A stretch of DNA of 64,000 nucleotides, from positions 76,674 through 140,673 of the forward strand of contig CAVVFK010000001.1 of the NCBI GenBank assembly GCA_963747435.1, in the 5' to 3' direction. Position 1 is the stretch's first letter; every line of letters starts with the position of its first letter. Below, in pieces: positions 1-10,593 of the stretch. The DNA is from an uncultured Actinomycetota bacterium. GTDB lineage: Bacteria > Actinomycetota > Actinomycetes > Propionibacteriales > Nocardioidaceae. Position numbers and translations under genes: made by a program. The notes beneath the pieces are model-generated. The model saw only the letters and a list, made by a program, of their open reading frames with translations, was not told the DNA's origin and did no database searches.

Positions 1-1987
1 CGATCGCCAGGACGTCGCCCGCGTTGACCTGGGTGCCGACCGCGACGGGGAGGTCGGTCACGACACCATCGTGCGGCGCCGCGATGGTGTGCTGCATCTT
101 CATCGCCTCGAGCACCAGCACCGGCTGGCCGAGGCTGACCTCCTGCCCGGCCTCGGCGCGCACCGCGATCACGCTGCCCGGCATCGGCGCGAGGAGCGAC
201 CCCTCGGCGACCTGGTCGGCCGGGTCGACGAAGCGGGGCCGGCGGCTCAGGGCGGTGTGGCCGTGCGGACCCTCGACGTCCGCGGCCTCTCCGGCCAGGT
301 GGACCCGGTGCGGCAGGGAGACGCCGGCGTGACCGACGACGACCAGCCAGTGGTCGTCCGCCTGCTCGACCCGCTCCACGACCGCACCCTGACCCGGGCC
401 TTCGACCAGCACCTCGCCGTCGCGGCCCCACTGCCACGCCACCGAGACCTCGCCGGTTGCCACGTCGACACAGTCGAAGCCGACCGCGTCGGGCGCGGAG
501 AAGACGTTGCGCCACCCTGCCGGCACGCCGGGCAGCACCTGGCTCGCGGTACGCCGCTGGTGGGCGTGGGCGACCGCCGCGGCGAAGCCGGCCAGCGTGG
601 TGGCCAGGTCGAGGTCGCCGTCGGCGGGCGCGATGCTCATCAGCGGCTCGCTCGCCAGGAACGACGTGGTCGCCTCACCTGCCAGGAACCTCGGATGCCG
701 CAGCACCTCCACGAGCAGGTCGCGGTTGGTGCGCAGGCCGTGGATCTCGGCCGCCTCGAGAGCCGCAGCAAGCCGACGGGCCGCCTCGGTGCGGGTCGGG
801 GCCCACGAGATGACCTTCGCGATCATCGCGTCGTACGACGTGCCGATCTCGTCGCCGGCGCGCACTGCCGAGTCGAGTCGGATCCCGGCCCGTCCCAGGG
901 AGTCGAACCGCGCGGCCACGCCGGGGATCTCGAAGCGGGTCAACGTGCCCGACTGCGGCTGGTAGTCGTGCGCCGGGTCCTCTGCGTAGAGCCGCACCTC
1001 GATCGCGTGCCCGTCGACCGCGACTTCGACCTCGCGCACCGAGGGGTCCTCAGCGGCGGCGAGCTGCAGCCGGACCAGGTCGACGCCGGCGGTCAGCTCG
1101 GTCACCGGGTGCTCGACCTGGAGCCGGGTGTTCATCTCCAGGAAGTAGAACCGCTCGGTGACGTCGTCGTAGAGGAACTCGACCGTGCCTGCGCCGACGT
1201 AGCCGATCGCCTCCCCGGCCTTGCGGGCCGCCTCTCCGAGCTCGGCTGCGATGTCGCGGCTCTGCGAGAGGTTGTACGCCGGCGCCTCCTCGACCACCTT
1301 CTGATGGCGACGCTGCACCGAGCACTCGCGCACCCCGAGGACGCTGACCGTGGTGCCGCCGTGGTCACCCCAGATCTGCACCTCGAGGTGACGACCGCGC
1401 TCGACGTAGGGCTCGACGAAGACGGTGCCGTCGCCGAAGGCGGAGGCTGCCTCGGCCGCAGCGGACTCCACGGTGGCGGCGAGCTCGGAGAGCTCGCGCA
1501 CCACGCGCATCCCGCGCCCACCGCCACCGGCCGACGCCTTGACCAGCACCGGCAGGTCGCCCTCGGTCACGGCGTCCGGGTCGAGGTTGTCCAGGGTCGG
1601 CACGCCGGCCTCGCTCATCAGCCGCTTGGACTCGACCTTCGAGCCCATCGCCTCGATCGACTCCGGCGTCGGACCCACCCAGGTCAGGCCGGCCTTCAGC
1701 ACCTGACGGGCGAAGTCGGCGTTCTCCGACAGGAAGCCGTATCCCGGGTGGACCGCGTCCGCCCCGGCGCGCTGCGCGGCCTCGATCACCAGGTCGGCGC
1801 GCAGGTAGGTCTCCGATGGGGCACTTCCCGGCAGCCGCACCGCCAGGTCGGCCTCGTGCACAAAGGCGGCCGTCGCGTCGGGGTCGGAGTGCACCGCCAC
1901 CGTGCCGATCCCCAGCTCCCGACACGTCCGGAAGACCCGCCTCGCGATCTCCCCCCGGTTCGCCACCAGAAGCCTCTTGATACTCAC
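1..1987 (-). CDS. Biotin-dependent acyl-CoA carboxylase alpha subunit (biotin carboxylase + BCCP); 3' end runs off the window
   Basis: GTG at 1987 with a GAGGAG RBS 6 nt upstream. My translation reads VSIKRLLVANRGEIARRVFRTCRELGI...HPGYGFLSENADFA (ATP-grasp biotin carboxylase), with the LVLEAMKMQH biotinylation motif at ~84-113. It is missing from the ORF track only because no stop lies inside the window. Confidence 0.9.
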   Translation of the reverse strand, partial: MSIKRLLVANRGEIARRVFRTCRELGIGTVAVHSDPDATAAFVHEADLAVRLPGSAPSETYLRADLVIEAAQRAGADAVHPGYGFLSENADFARQVLKAGLTWVGPTPESIEAMGSKVESKRLMSEAGVPTLDNLDPDAVTEGDLPVLVKASAGGGGRGMRVVRELSELAATVESAAAEAASAFGDGTVFVEPYVERGRHLEVQIWGDHGGTTVSVLGVRECSVQRRHQKVVEEAPAYNLSQSRDIAAELGEAARKAGEAIGYVGAGTVEFLYDDVTERFYFLEMNTRLQVEHPVTELTAGVDLVRLQLAAAEDPSVREVEVAVDGHAIEVRLYAEDPAHDYQPQSGTLTRFEIPGVAARFDSLGRAGIRLDSAVRAGDEIGTSYDAMIAKVISWAPTRTEAARRLAAALEAAEIHGLRTNRDLLVEVLRHPRFLAGEATTSFLASEPLMSIAPADGDLDLATTLAGFAAAVAHAHQRRTASQVLPGVPAGWRNVFSAPDAVGFDCVDVATGEVSVAWQWGRDGEVLVEGPGQGAVVERVEQADDHWLVVVGHAGVSLPHRVHLAGEAADVEGPHGHTALSRRPRFVDPADQVAEGSLLAPMPGSVIAVRAEAGQEVSLGQPVLVLEAMKMQHTIAAPHDGVVTDLPVAVGTQVNAGDVLAI

Positions 1988-2040
1988 TGACTACTCCTCT
2001 GCCGAGAACGAACCAGGCACGAACTGAGCGGACCCCGGTG

Positions 2041-2166
2041 TCGGGTCGCGCGGTGGGACGGCGGGCCCCCCGACAGGCGTGGATGGGCCTGGCCCCCCTG
2101 GAGCGACGAAGGAGCGCAAGGGGTGGTTGCCTGTCGGGGGGTCCGCCGGAGCGCCGTGTGACCCGA
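2041..2166 (-). repeat. Family-1 long hairpin element, copy A (intergenic, between the carboxyltransferase and biotin carboxylase genes)
   Basis: Perfect 13-bp stem CCCCCCGACAGGC (2066-2078) / GCCTGTCGGGGGG (2129-2141) encloses the conserved core GTGGATGGGCCTGGCCCCCCTGGAGCGACGAAGGAGCGCAAGGGGTGGTT (2079-2128). Outer pairing is TCGGGTC (2041-2047) / GACCCGA (2160-2166). Confidence 0.8.
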
Positions 2167-2207
2167 CGGCTCAGCCCCGCGCACAACTCGCGTACTCATC
2201 ACTGCCC

Positions 2208-3820
<1,613 letters not shown>

Positions 3821-3824
<4 letters not shown>

Positions 3825-4975
3825 CGCGGGGCTCCGTAGCCCAGCAGCTTGGCCGCGAGGTCGTCGAGCACCTCGTTGGCGCCGCCGCCGATGCCGAGGA
3901 TCCGCGCGTCGCGGTAGTGCATCTCCACCTCTGTGCCTCTCATGTAGCCGGTGCCGCCGTGCAGCTGGACCGCCTGGTCGGTGCAGTACGACGCCGCGTC
4001 GACGCCGAGCTTCTTCGCGTGCAGCGCCTCGACCAGCGGCTGCTCGCCGGCGTCGTAGCGCCGTGCCACCTCGCGGGTGTAGACCCGGGCGGCCTCGACC
4101 CGGCGGTGCATCTCGACGAGCCTGTGCCGCACCGCCTGCCGGTTGATCAGCGGCTCGCCGAAGGTCCGCCGCTCCGCGGTGTATGCCGCGGTGAGCGCCA
4201 GGCACCGGGCTGCGGTGCTGTAGCCCTGCACGGCGAGCGAGACCCGCTCGGTGACGAACGCGGTCGCGATCTGGGCGAAGCCGCTGCCCTCGACGCCCAC
4301 CAAGTTCGCAGCGGGCACGCGGGCGTCGACGAAGGCCAGCTCAGCGGTGTCCGAGCAGTGCCAGCCGAGCTTGTCGAGCTTGCGGGTGACCTCGAACCCG
4401 GGCGTCGAGGTCTCCACGACCAGCAGGCTCACGCCCTGGTGGCCGGGGCCGCCGGTGCGCACCGCGGTGGTGACGAAGTCAGCGCGGACGCCCGAGGTGA
4501 TGAAGGTCTTCGCACCGTTGACGAGGTAGTCGTTGCCGTCACGAGCCGCCCTCGTGCGGATGCCGGCGACGTCGGAGCCGCCGTCGGGCTCGGTGATCGC
4601 CAGCGAGCCGATCGTCTCACCGGCCAGCGTGGTCCGCACGAAGCGGTCGATCAGGTCGGTGTTGCCGGAGGCCACGATGTGGGGCAGCGCGATGCCGTGG
4701 GTCATCAGGCTCGCCATCAGACCGCCCGAGGCACCGGCTTCCATCATCGCCTCGGTCATGGCCACGGAGTCGGTGAGCCCTCCGCCCTGGCCGCCGACGT
4801 CCTCGGGGAAGGAGATCCCGAGCAGGCCCTGCTTGGCGGCCGCCAGGTGCAGCTCGCGCGGCAGCTCCTGGTCGGACTCCCACTGCGAGAGGTGCGGCAG
4901 CACCTCTCGCTCGACGAAGCCTCGCGCACTCTCGCGCAGCGCCTCCTGCTCGGGCGTCCACCAGCTCCTGGACAT
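3821..4975 (-). CDS. Acyl-CoA dehydrogenase
   Basis: ATG at 4975 (MSRSWWTPEQEALRES...). The 384-aa translation shows ACAD hallmarks (LAITEPDGGSDV, GAKTFITSG, QLHGGTGYMRGTEVEMHYRDARILGIGGGANEV). The 1066-aa track ORF is an over-extension. Confidence 0.9.
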
Positions 4976-6903
4976 CAGAGCAGCTCCTCCGGCACCTCGA
5001 CGACTCGCGAGCGCGCCCACTCCCCGAGCCCCTTGGCCTGCGGGTCGAACCGCGCGCCCTCGGCCACACCTCGGCCCAGCAGGCCTTCGATGACGACGTT
5101 GACCGCACGCAGGTTCGGCAGCGGGTGCACCTGCACCTCGTGGGTCTCGGCCTCCGGCAGCAGGGCTCGCACCCAGTCCGGCGAGACCACCGAGCTGAGC
5201 CAGGCGTAGCGCTGCTCGGCGCGCGGGTCGCGGGCCGAGACCCACAGCCCGAGGTTGGCGTCCCCGCCCTTGTCCCCCGACCGCGCGTGCACCAGCTCTC
5301 CCAACACCACCCTCACCACACCCCCAGAGCCGGAGCGGTCGAGCACCCGCTCCTCGCCATCCCGGGGTGAGGCTCCCTCCGGGCCCGGGGGCTCGGAAGC
5401 ACCCGCCGCGTCCGTCGTGGGGGTGGGCCCCGGAGGCGACGGTGCCGCCGCGGCCGTGGATGGGCCTGGCCCCCCCGGAGCGACGAAGGAGCGAAGGGGG
5501 TGGTTGGCCGCGGCGGCATCGGCGCCGAGGGGGTCCACCCCCACGGCGGGCGCGGTCCTCTTGCCCGAGTCGTCGAGCGTCACCACGGGCGGAGGAATCG
5601 TCACGACCGTCCCGTCGGGCAGATGCACCAGGTGCTCGACCTCGTCCTGGGCGACGTACGCCGCCCGATAGATCCCGTACGGCGTCGCCGGCATCGGTGG
5701 CGTGGTCGCGGTGAACCCCGGGTACGACGCGAGCGCGAGCTCGATCAGCGGGCCGGTGAACCGCTTGCCGGCGACCTCGCCCGAGGGGTCGCGCACCACC
5801 AGTCGGAGCCGGGCGCTCGCGGCCTCCTGCGAGGTGGCGTCGGGGTGGTCGGTGCGGGCCAGCGACCACTCCATCTCGGCGGGCCGACGCGACCCGAGGG
5901 CGGCCTCGACCTGGGCGCGCACCCACGCGGCTTTGGCGTCGAGGTCGAGCCCGGTCAGCACCAGCTCCATCTGGTTGCGGTGGCCGCCGAGCTCGTTGAC
6001 GCAGACCTTGAGGCTCGGCGGTGGCGCCTCCCCGCGCACGCCGCTGATGCGGACCCGGTCGGGCCCGTCGTCGCTGAGCTCGATCGTGTCGAGGAGCGCG
6101 GTGACGTCGGGGCCGAGGTAACGGCTGCTCTGCACCTCGTAGACGAGCTGAGCGGTGACGGTGTCGAGGTTGACCAGCCCGCCGGTGCCGGGGTGCTTGG
6201 TGATGACGCAGGAGCCGTCGGCGGCGATCTCGGCCAGCGGGAAGCCGAGAGGCCGGTCGGCGACGCCGGCCTCCAGCAGCTCGCGGAAGCCGCTGTAGTT
6301 GCCCCCCGTGGCCTGGGCGCCGCACTCGATGACGTGGCCGGCGACGACTGCCCCGGCGAGGGCGTCGTGGTCCTCGCGGCCCCAGCCGAAGTGCCAGATC
6401 GCCGGTCCGAGGACCACCGAGGCGTCGGTGACCCGGCCGGTGACCACGATGTCGGCGCCGGCTCGCAGCGCCTCGGCGATGCCGAAGGCGCCGAGGTAGG
6501 CGTTCGCCGTCAGCGCCGCTTCGCCGAGGCCGAGCTCGCCGGCTCGCGGCATCAGGTTGTCGCCGTCGACGTGCGCGACCGTGGCGTCGATGCCCTGGTC
6601 GGCGGCGATCTTGCGCAGCTCGTCGGCCAGTCCGGCGGGGTTGAGCCCGCCGGCGTTGCTGACGATGCGGACGCCACGCTCGACCGCGAGCGCCAGACAG
6701 TCGCCGACCTGGCGCAGGAAGGTGCGGGCGTAGCCCAGTGAGGGGTCCCTGAGCTGGTCCTTGCCCAGGATCAGCATGGTCAGCTCGGCGAGATAGTCCC
6801 CGGTGAGCACGTCGAGGTCGCCGCCCTCGAGCATCTCGCGCATCGCGGAGAGCCGGTCGCCGTAGAAGCCGGAGCAGTTGCCGACCCGCAGGGGCGGGGT
6901 CAT
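4975..6903 (-). CDS. AtuA-like (DUF1446, acyclic terpene utilisation family) protein with an embedded repeat-derived linker
   Basis: ATG at 6903 (MTPPLRVGNCSGFYGDRLSAMREML...), in an ATGA overlap with the upstream stop. A C-terminal module (HARSGDKGGDANLGLWV) follows a Pro/Gly/Ala-rich insert. The stop TGA overlaps the ACAD ATG (TGATG). Confidence 0.8.
   Translation of the reverse strand: MTPPLRVGNCSGFYGDRLSAMREMLEGGDLDVLTGDYLAELTMLILGKDQLRDPSLGYARTFLRQVGDCLALAVERGVRIVSNAGGLNPAGLADELRKIAADQGIDATVAHVDGDNLMPRAGELGLGEAALTANAYLGAFGIAEALRAGADIVVTGRVTDASVVLGPAIWHFGWGREDHDALAGAVVAGHVIECGAQATGGNYSGFRELLEAGVADRPLGFPLAEIAADGSCVITKHPGTGGLVNLDTVTAQLVYEVQSSRYLGPDVTALLDTIELSDDGPDRVRISGVRGEAPPPSLKVCVNELGGHRNQMELVLTGLDLDAKAAWVRAQVEAALGSRRPAEMEWSLARTDHPDATSQEAASARLRLVVRDPSGEVAGKRFTGPLIELALASYPGFTATTPPMPATPYGIYRAAYVAQDEVEHLVHLPDGTVVTIPPPVVTLDDSGKRTAPAVGVDPLGADAAAANHPLRSFVAPGGPGPSTAAAAPSPPGPTPTTDAAGASEPPGPEGASPRDGEERVLDRSGSGGVVRVVLGELVHARSGDKGGDANLGLWVSARDPRAEQRYAWLSSVVSPDWVRALLPEAETHEVQVHPLPNLRAVNVVIEGLLGRGVAEGARFDPQAKGLGEWARSRVVEVPEELL
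5412..5549 (-). repeat. Family-1 long hairpin element, copy B, inside the AtuA-like coding sequence
   Basis: Perfect 12-bp stem GCCGCCGCGGCC (5444-5455) / GGCCGCGGCGGC (5506-5517) encloses the core GTGGATGGGCCTGGCCCCCCCGGAGCGACGAAGGAGCGAAGGGGGTGGTT (5456-5505). The outer arm 5412-5429 pairs with 5532-5549, and the two differences are both wobble-compatible. Confidence 0.8.
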
Positions 6904-7706
6904 GAGGCGCTCCGCGGGTCTCGTCCGGAGCCCGACGGGCCCGCGAAGGCCTGCGCGATGTCGAGCCAGTGGTCGGCCTGCTCGCCCTCGGCGTGCACGT
7001 CGAGGTCCTCGCGGTGGCCACGCTGGGTGACCAGCAGGGCGAAGTCCCAGGCGGAGCCGGTGACGCGCTGCTCGGAGTCGTGCGGCCCGTAGGTCCAGGT
7101 CGCTCCCGACGGCGAGACCAGCTCGACCCGGAACTGCGCGTCGGGCTTCTCGTCCCCGGCGTTGACGTGGGCGAAGTCGCGGGTGCGGACCCCGAGGTGG
7201 ACCACGTGGCGGACCCGGTCGTGCGGCTCGACGGGGATCCCGAGCGCGGCGGCGATGTCGAGCCCGTGGGCCCAGGTCTCCATGTAGCGCGCGGTCGCCA
7301 TCGAGGTGGGGGTCATCGGTGGACCGAACCAGGGCATCCGGTTCTCGCCGGGGAGCTCGGTGAGCACCCGCGCCAGCTCCTGTCGCGAGGTGCGCCACCG
7401 GGCCAGCAGCTCGCGGCTCGGCGATCGGCCCAGCGCCAGCGCCTCTGCGTCGACGAAGCCCTCGGGGTCCTCCAGCGCGGTGAGGACCAGCTCGTCCCAC
7501 GCGGCCTTGCCGTCCTCGGTGTCTGCCCGGGCCGCGAGCACCGCGCACTCGTCGGTCCACACCAGGTGGGCCACCGTCGTGGCGATGTCCCAGCCCTCGG
7601 CGGGGGTGTCCTGGCGCCACCGCTCGTCGGAGAGGTCGGCGAGGAGCCCGTCGAGCCAGTCGCCCTCGTGGGCGAGGTCGGGGAGGACCTGGAGGATCTT
7701 GGTCAC
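6900..7706 (-). CDS. DinB/mycothiol-dependent maleylpyruvate isomerase-like metal-binding protein (TIGR03084-like)
   Basis: GTG at 7706 (VTKILQVLPDLAHEGDWLDGLL...WDIATTVAHLVWTDE), 268 aa. A GTGA overlap links it to the TetR stop. The family assignment is from memory of the motif pattern, not from a search. Confidence 0.65.
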   Translation of the reverse strand: MTKILQVLPDLAHEGDWLDGLLADLSDERWRQDTPAEGWDIATTVAHLVWTDECAVLAARADTEDGKAAWDELVLTALEDPEGFVDAEALALGRSPSRELLARWRTSRQELARVLTELPGENRMPWFGPPMTPTSMATARYMETWAHGLDIAAALGIPVEPHDRVRHVVHLGVRTRDFAHVNAGDEKPDAQFRVELVSPSGATWTYGPHDSEQRVTGSAWDFALLVTQRGHREDLDVHAEGEQADHWLDIAQAFAGPSGSGRDPRSAS

Positions 7707-8326
7707 GCGATGCGTCCCTTCGGCTGGGCGAGCTGGGCGTCGAGGGCGGCGGCCCAGCGGTCGAGGATCCGGGTACGCCGCGCGGCGTCGTCGGTCAGCG
7801 TGTTGGCCAGGCCCAGGCCGCGCACCAGGTCGAGGGTGGCCTGCACGAGCTCGCGGTTGCCCGGCACCGACTCGTCGATGCCCAGCGCCTCCACGGTGCG
7901 CCGGTGGGCGTCCCGGCCGAGCTTGGCCTCCAGCTCCACGACGGCCTCGCGCAGCGTCGGGTCGGTGCGGGCCGCCACCCACAGCTCGAGTGCCGCGCTG
8001 AAGGTGGGGCCGGTGAACAGCTCGGCGAGCTGCTCGAGCACCACGCGGGTGCGCCTCGGCGTGCCGAGCGCCGCGCCGTCGGCCTCGTTGCTGACCAGGT
8101 CGGCGCGCAGGCTGGTGAGGTGGTCGACCGCGGCGAGGACGAGGTCGCTCTTGGTGGGGAAGTGGTGCAGCTGCGCGCCGCGGCTGACACCGGCCCGCTG
8201 GGAGACCACGGTGGTGGAGGTGCCGGTCCAGCCGTGCTCGACCAGGCAGGCGACGGTGGCCTCCATCAGCCGCGCCCGGGTTGCGCGGCTGCGCTCGCCC
8301 TGGGGCACCCGTTCGACCGCGACCAC
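7703..8326 (-). CDS. TetR family transcriptional regulator (first gene of the Atu-like operon)
   Basis: 207-aa ORF with an N-terminal helix-turn-helix: RARLMEATVACLVEHGWTGTSTTVVSQRAGVSRGAQLHHFPTKSDL. Confidence 0.85.
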   Translation of the reverse strand: MVAVERVPQGERSRATRARLMEATVACLVEHGWTGTSTTVVSQRAGVSRGAQLHHFPTKSDLVLAAVDHLTSLRADLVSNEADGAALGTPRRTRVVLEQLAELFTGPTFSAALELWVAARTDPTLREAVVELEAKLGRDAHRRTVEALGIDESVPGNRELVQATLDLVRGLGLANTLTDDAARRTRILDRWAAALDAQLAQPKGRIA

Positions 8327-8646
8327 GGCGTCACACTCTCCCGGGAACTAACAAACAGTCAAGCCTGCTTTTCTTTTGCCCGAGTCAGGACCTTGGTCGT
8401 CAGTTCGCCGCGACGGCGTCATGGTCGGGGTGCTCGCTCGTTACAACCCCGTGGAAGCAGCGCAGGCGCTGCGCCGCTCGGGAACGGCAACGACTCGACT
8501 CGGGACAGGACTCGACACAAGGCGCGGGACAAGGCTTGGGCAAACCACGTATGCACCATGCGCCCCATCACTATGGTGGGGCGCGTCGACGCCACGCCGA
8601 ACCTGATCGAACTGGGCACGAGCACGGAAGGGAGACCGGGCGCGCG

Positions 8647-10221
8647 ATGGACGTTCTGCTGATGGACGAGCGAGTGCGCGTCGTGCTCCGCGCGCTGCCG
8701 CGCTTCCTGTCCACGGCGATCCCGCTGGAGGGCAAGCTCGACGAGCTGTGCGTGACCGCCCTGCAGGTGCTCGAGGTCGACTCCGCCGCCGTGGTGCTGC
8801 TCGACGACGAGCACGCCCAGCATGCGCGCGCCGACGCCGAGGGCGGCTTAGACGGCACCGATGCGGCCGCCGACGCGCTCGCCTGGCTGCTCGACCGCGA
8901 CCAGGTGCGCAGCACCCTCGGCGACCGGGACGTCGTCGCGCTGCCCGAGCTCGGCCCTGAGGCCGTGCTGGTCGCCCTGCGGCACGGGGTCCACACCTAC
9001 GGCGCGCTGCTGGTCAGCAAACCCGGCTACGGGGTGCTGCTCGACGACGACGAGCTGATGCTGCAGCTCTTCGCCGAGGCCGTCGGCCCGGCGATCCACC
9101 ACGGCATCCGGATGCTCAGCACCGAACGGGCCGAGCGCTGGGGAGCAGCAGCCGTCGCGCTCACCGAGCGGCTGCTCGCCGACGACGCCGCAGACCCCTA
9201 CGACGCGGTCGTCGACGTGGTCAGCGAGCTCGGCGAGGGCGACGCCGTCGGCATCGTGGTCCCCAAAGGTGAGCGGCTCGAGGTCCGCCAGGCGCGCGGG
9301 CTAGGGCTGGAGGGCCTGGTGGGCACCACGATCCCCGTGCCCTCGGCCATCGGTCGTGACCTCGTGGCCGACCAGGGCATGGAGCGCGGCCCGCACCTGC
9401 GCCGCATGAGCTGGCTCTCCGAGCACCTGACCGGGGTGGAGGTCGGTCCCGGCATCGCGGTCCCCCTCGCCGGGGCGAAAGGGCTGCTGGGACTGCTCTT
9501 CGTGCTCCGGCGCCCCGGCGCCCCGGACTACCTCGACGATGCGGTGCGCACCGCGGAGACCTTCGCGGTCAACGCCGCGATCTCGATGGAGTGGCACGTC
9601 GCGCGCCGCTCCCAGGAGGAGCTGCGCACCCTGCAGGAGCGCAACCGCATCGCCCGCGACCTGCACGACAACGTCGTGCAGCGCCTCTTCGCCACCGGCC
9701 TCTACCTGCAACAGGCCGGCCGGACCCTCGAGGGCGAGGCCAAGGAGCGGGTCGACAGCGCGATGCGGTCGGTCGACCAGACCATCCGCCAGATCCGCAA
9801 CACCATCCTGGTCCTGCGCAGCACCGAGGCCGACCGGCTGGGGCAGCTGATGAGGGAGATCGTCGCCGAGAGTGCGGTGCTGCTGGGCTTCGAGCCCCAG
9901 GTCAGCCTGAGCCCGGAGGCAGCGCGGATCAGCGGGCCGCTGGCCGCTGACCTCGCGCTGTGCGTGCGTGAGGCCTTCTCCAACGTCGTCCAGCACGCTC
10001 ACGCGACCTCGGTGCAGCTCAACGCCGTCATGGAGGGCGCCACGTTGGTGGTGACCGTCCGCGACGACGGCGTCGGCATCCCGGAGGGCACCCGGCCGGC
10101 CGGAGGCGGGCTGGAGAACCTCGACGAGCGCGCGCGTGCACACGGCGGCGGCTTCACCCACGAGACCAATCCCGACGGCGGCACCACCCTGCGGTGGCGG
10201 ATGCCGCTGCGGGCGCCCTGA
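8647..10221 (+). CDS. GAF-domain sensor histidine kinase (HisKA_3 / HATPase_c), orphan
   Basis: ATG at 8647 with a GGAAGGGAG RBS. The H-box is ERNRIARDLHDNVVQRLFA and the C-terminal ATPase blocks are VRDDGVGIP and GGGLENLDERA. No response regulator is adjacent. Confidence 0.85.
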   Translation: MDVLLMDERVRVVLRALPRFLSTAIPLEGKLDELCVTALQVLEVDSAAVVLLDDEHAQHARADAEGGLDGTDAAADALAWLLDRDQVRSTLGDRDVVALPELGPEAVLVALRHGVHTYGALLVSKPGYGVLLDDDELMLQLFAEAVGPAIHHGIRMLSTERAERWGAAAVALTERLLADDAADPYDAVVDVVSELGEGDAVGIVVPKGERLEVRQARGLGLEGLVGTTIPVPSAIGRDLVADQGMERGPHLRRMSWLSEHLTGVEVGPGIAVPLAGAKGLLGLLFVLRRPGAPDYLDDAVRTAETFAVNAAISMEWHVARRSQEELRTLQERNRIARDLHDNVVQRLFATGLYLQQAGRTLEGEAKERVDSAMRSVDQTIRQIRNTILVLRSTEADRLGQLMREIVAESAVLLGFEPQVSLSPEAARISGPLAADLALCVREAFSNVVQHAHATSVQLNAVMEGATLVVTVRDDGVGIPEGTRPAGGGLENLDERARAHGGGFTHETNPDGGTTLRWRMPLRAP

Positions 10222-10252
10222 GGCCCGCCGGGTCGCTGCAGGGTCCTGGGAG

Positions 10253-10474
10253 TCAGGGCAGCTCGGGGTCGGCCTCGCCGTCCTCCTGCTGGGCACGACG
10301 CGCTGCCTCACGGATCTCGAACACCTCGGTGGCGAAACCGCCCACCGCGTCGACCACGTCGCGCACCGCGCCGGCCACGATGGTCGTCACCGAGGCCACG
10401 GTCTCGGCCCCGGCGCTCAGGGTCTGCTGCACGGCGTCCTTGGTGATCTCGCCCTTGCTCAGTCGCTCCCGCAT
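10253..10474 (-). CDS. Small hypothetical protein (73 aa)
   Basis: The composition is not a GC artifact (MRERLSKGEITKDAVQQTLSAGAETVASV...) and a GAAGAGGAA RBS lies upstream. No family recognised. Confidence 0.5.
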   Translation of the reverse strand: MRERLSKGEITKDAVQQTLSAGAETVASVTTIVAGAVRDVVDAVGGFATEVFEIREAARRAQQEDGEADPELP

Positions 10475-10593
10475 GGTTCCTCTTCGTTGGTACGTGCGCC
10501 TGGCGTCGGCGCGCCCGTGCGGGCCCAGTCTCTCACTGGACCCGCACGGGCTCGCACTGAGGCGGTGTCGCTGGACGGGCGGGCCCGGGTGCC

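Noticed and set aside
71-1990. Long plus-strand ORFs, together with 2079-3839, 3917-5209, 5500-6741, 6969-8351, 23079-25526, 25730-26806, 26999-28279, 35960-37429, 57575-58912 and 59383-61722, and the minus-strand 31838-33919 and 38079-39818.
   Set aside because: Their translations are Arg/Gly/Pro/Ala/His-rich with no recognisable motifs. Each lies antisense to an ORF with clear family signatures. They are typical shadow ORFs of a >70% GC genome.
2110-2160. The GAAGGAG in the repeat core is followed by GTG, which suggests a small plus-strand peptide gene.
   Set aside because: The downstream reading frames differ completely among the three copies: 12 codons in copy A and an open shadow ORF in copy B. 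The plus strand is also antisense to all host transcripts. On the minus strand, the frame used in copy B has no start codon in copy A.
8281-8646. The N-terminal 122 aa of the 646-aa kinase ORF.
   Set aside because: This segment is Arg/Pro-rich and overlaps the TetR promoter region. A good RBS and clean sequence begin at the ATG at 8647.
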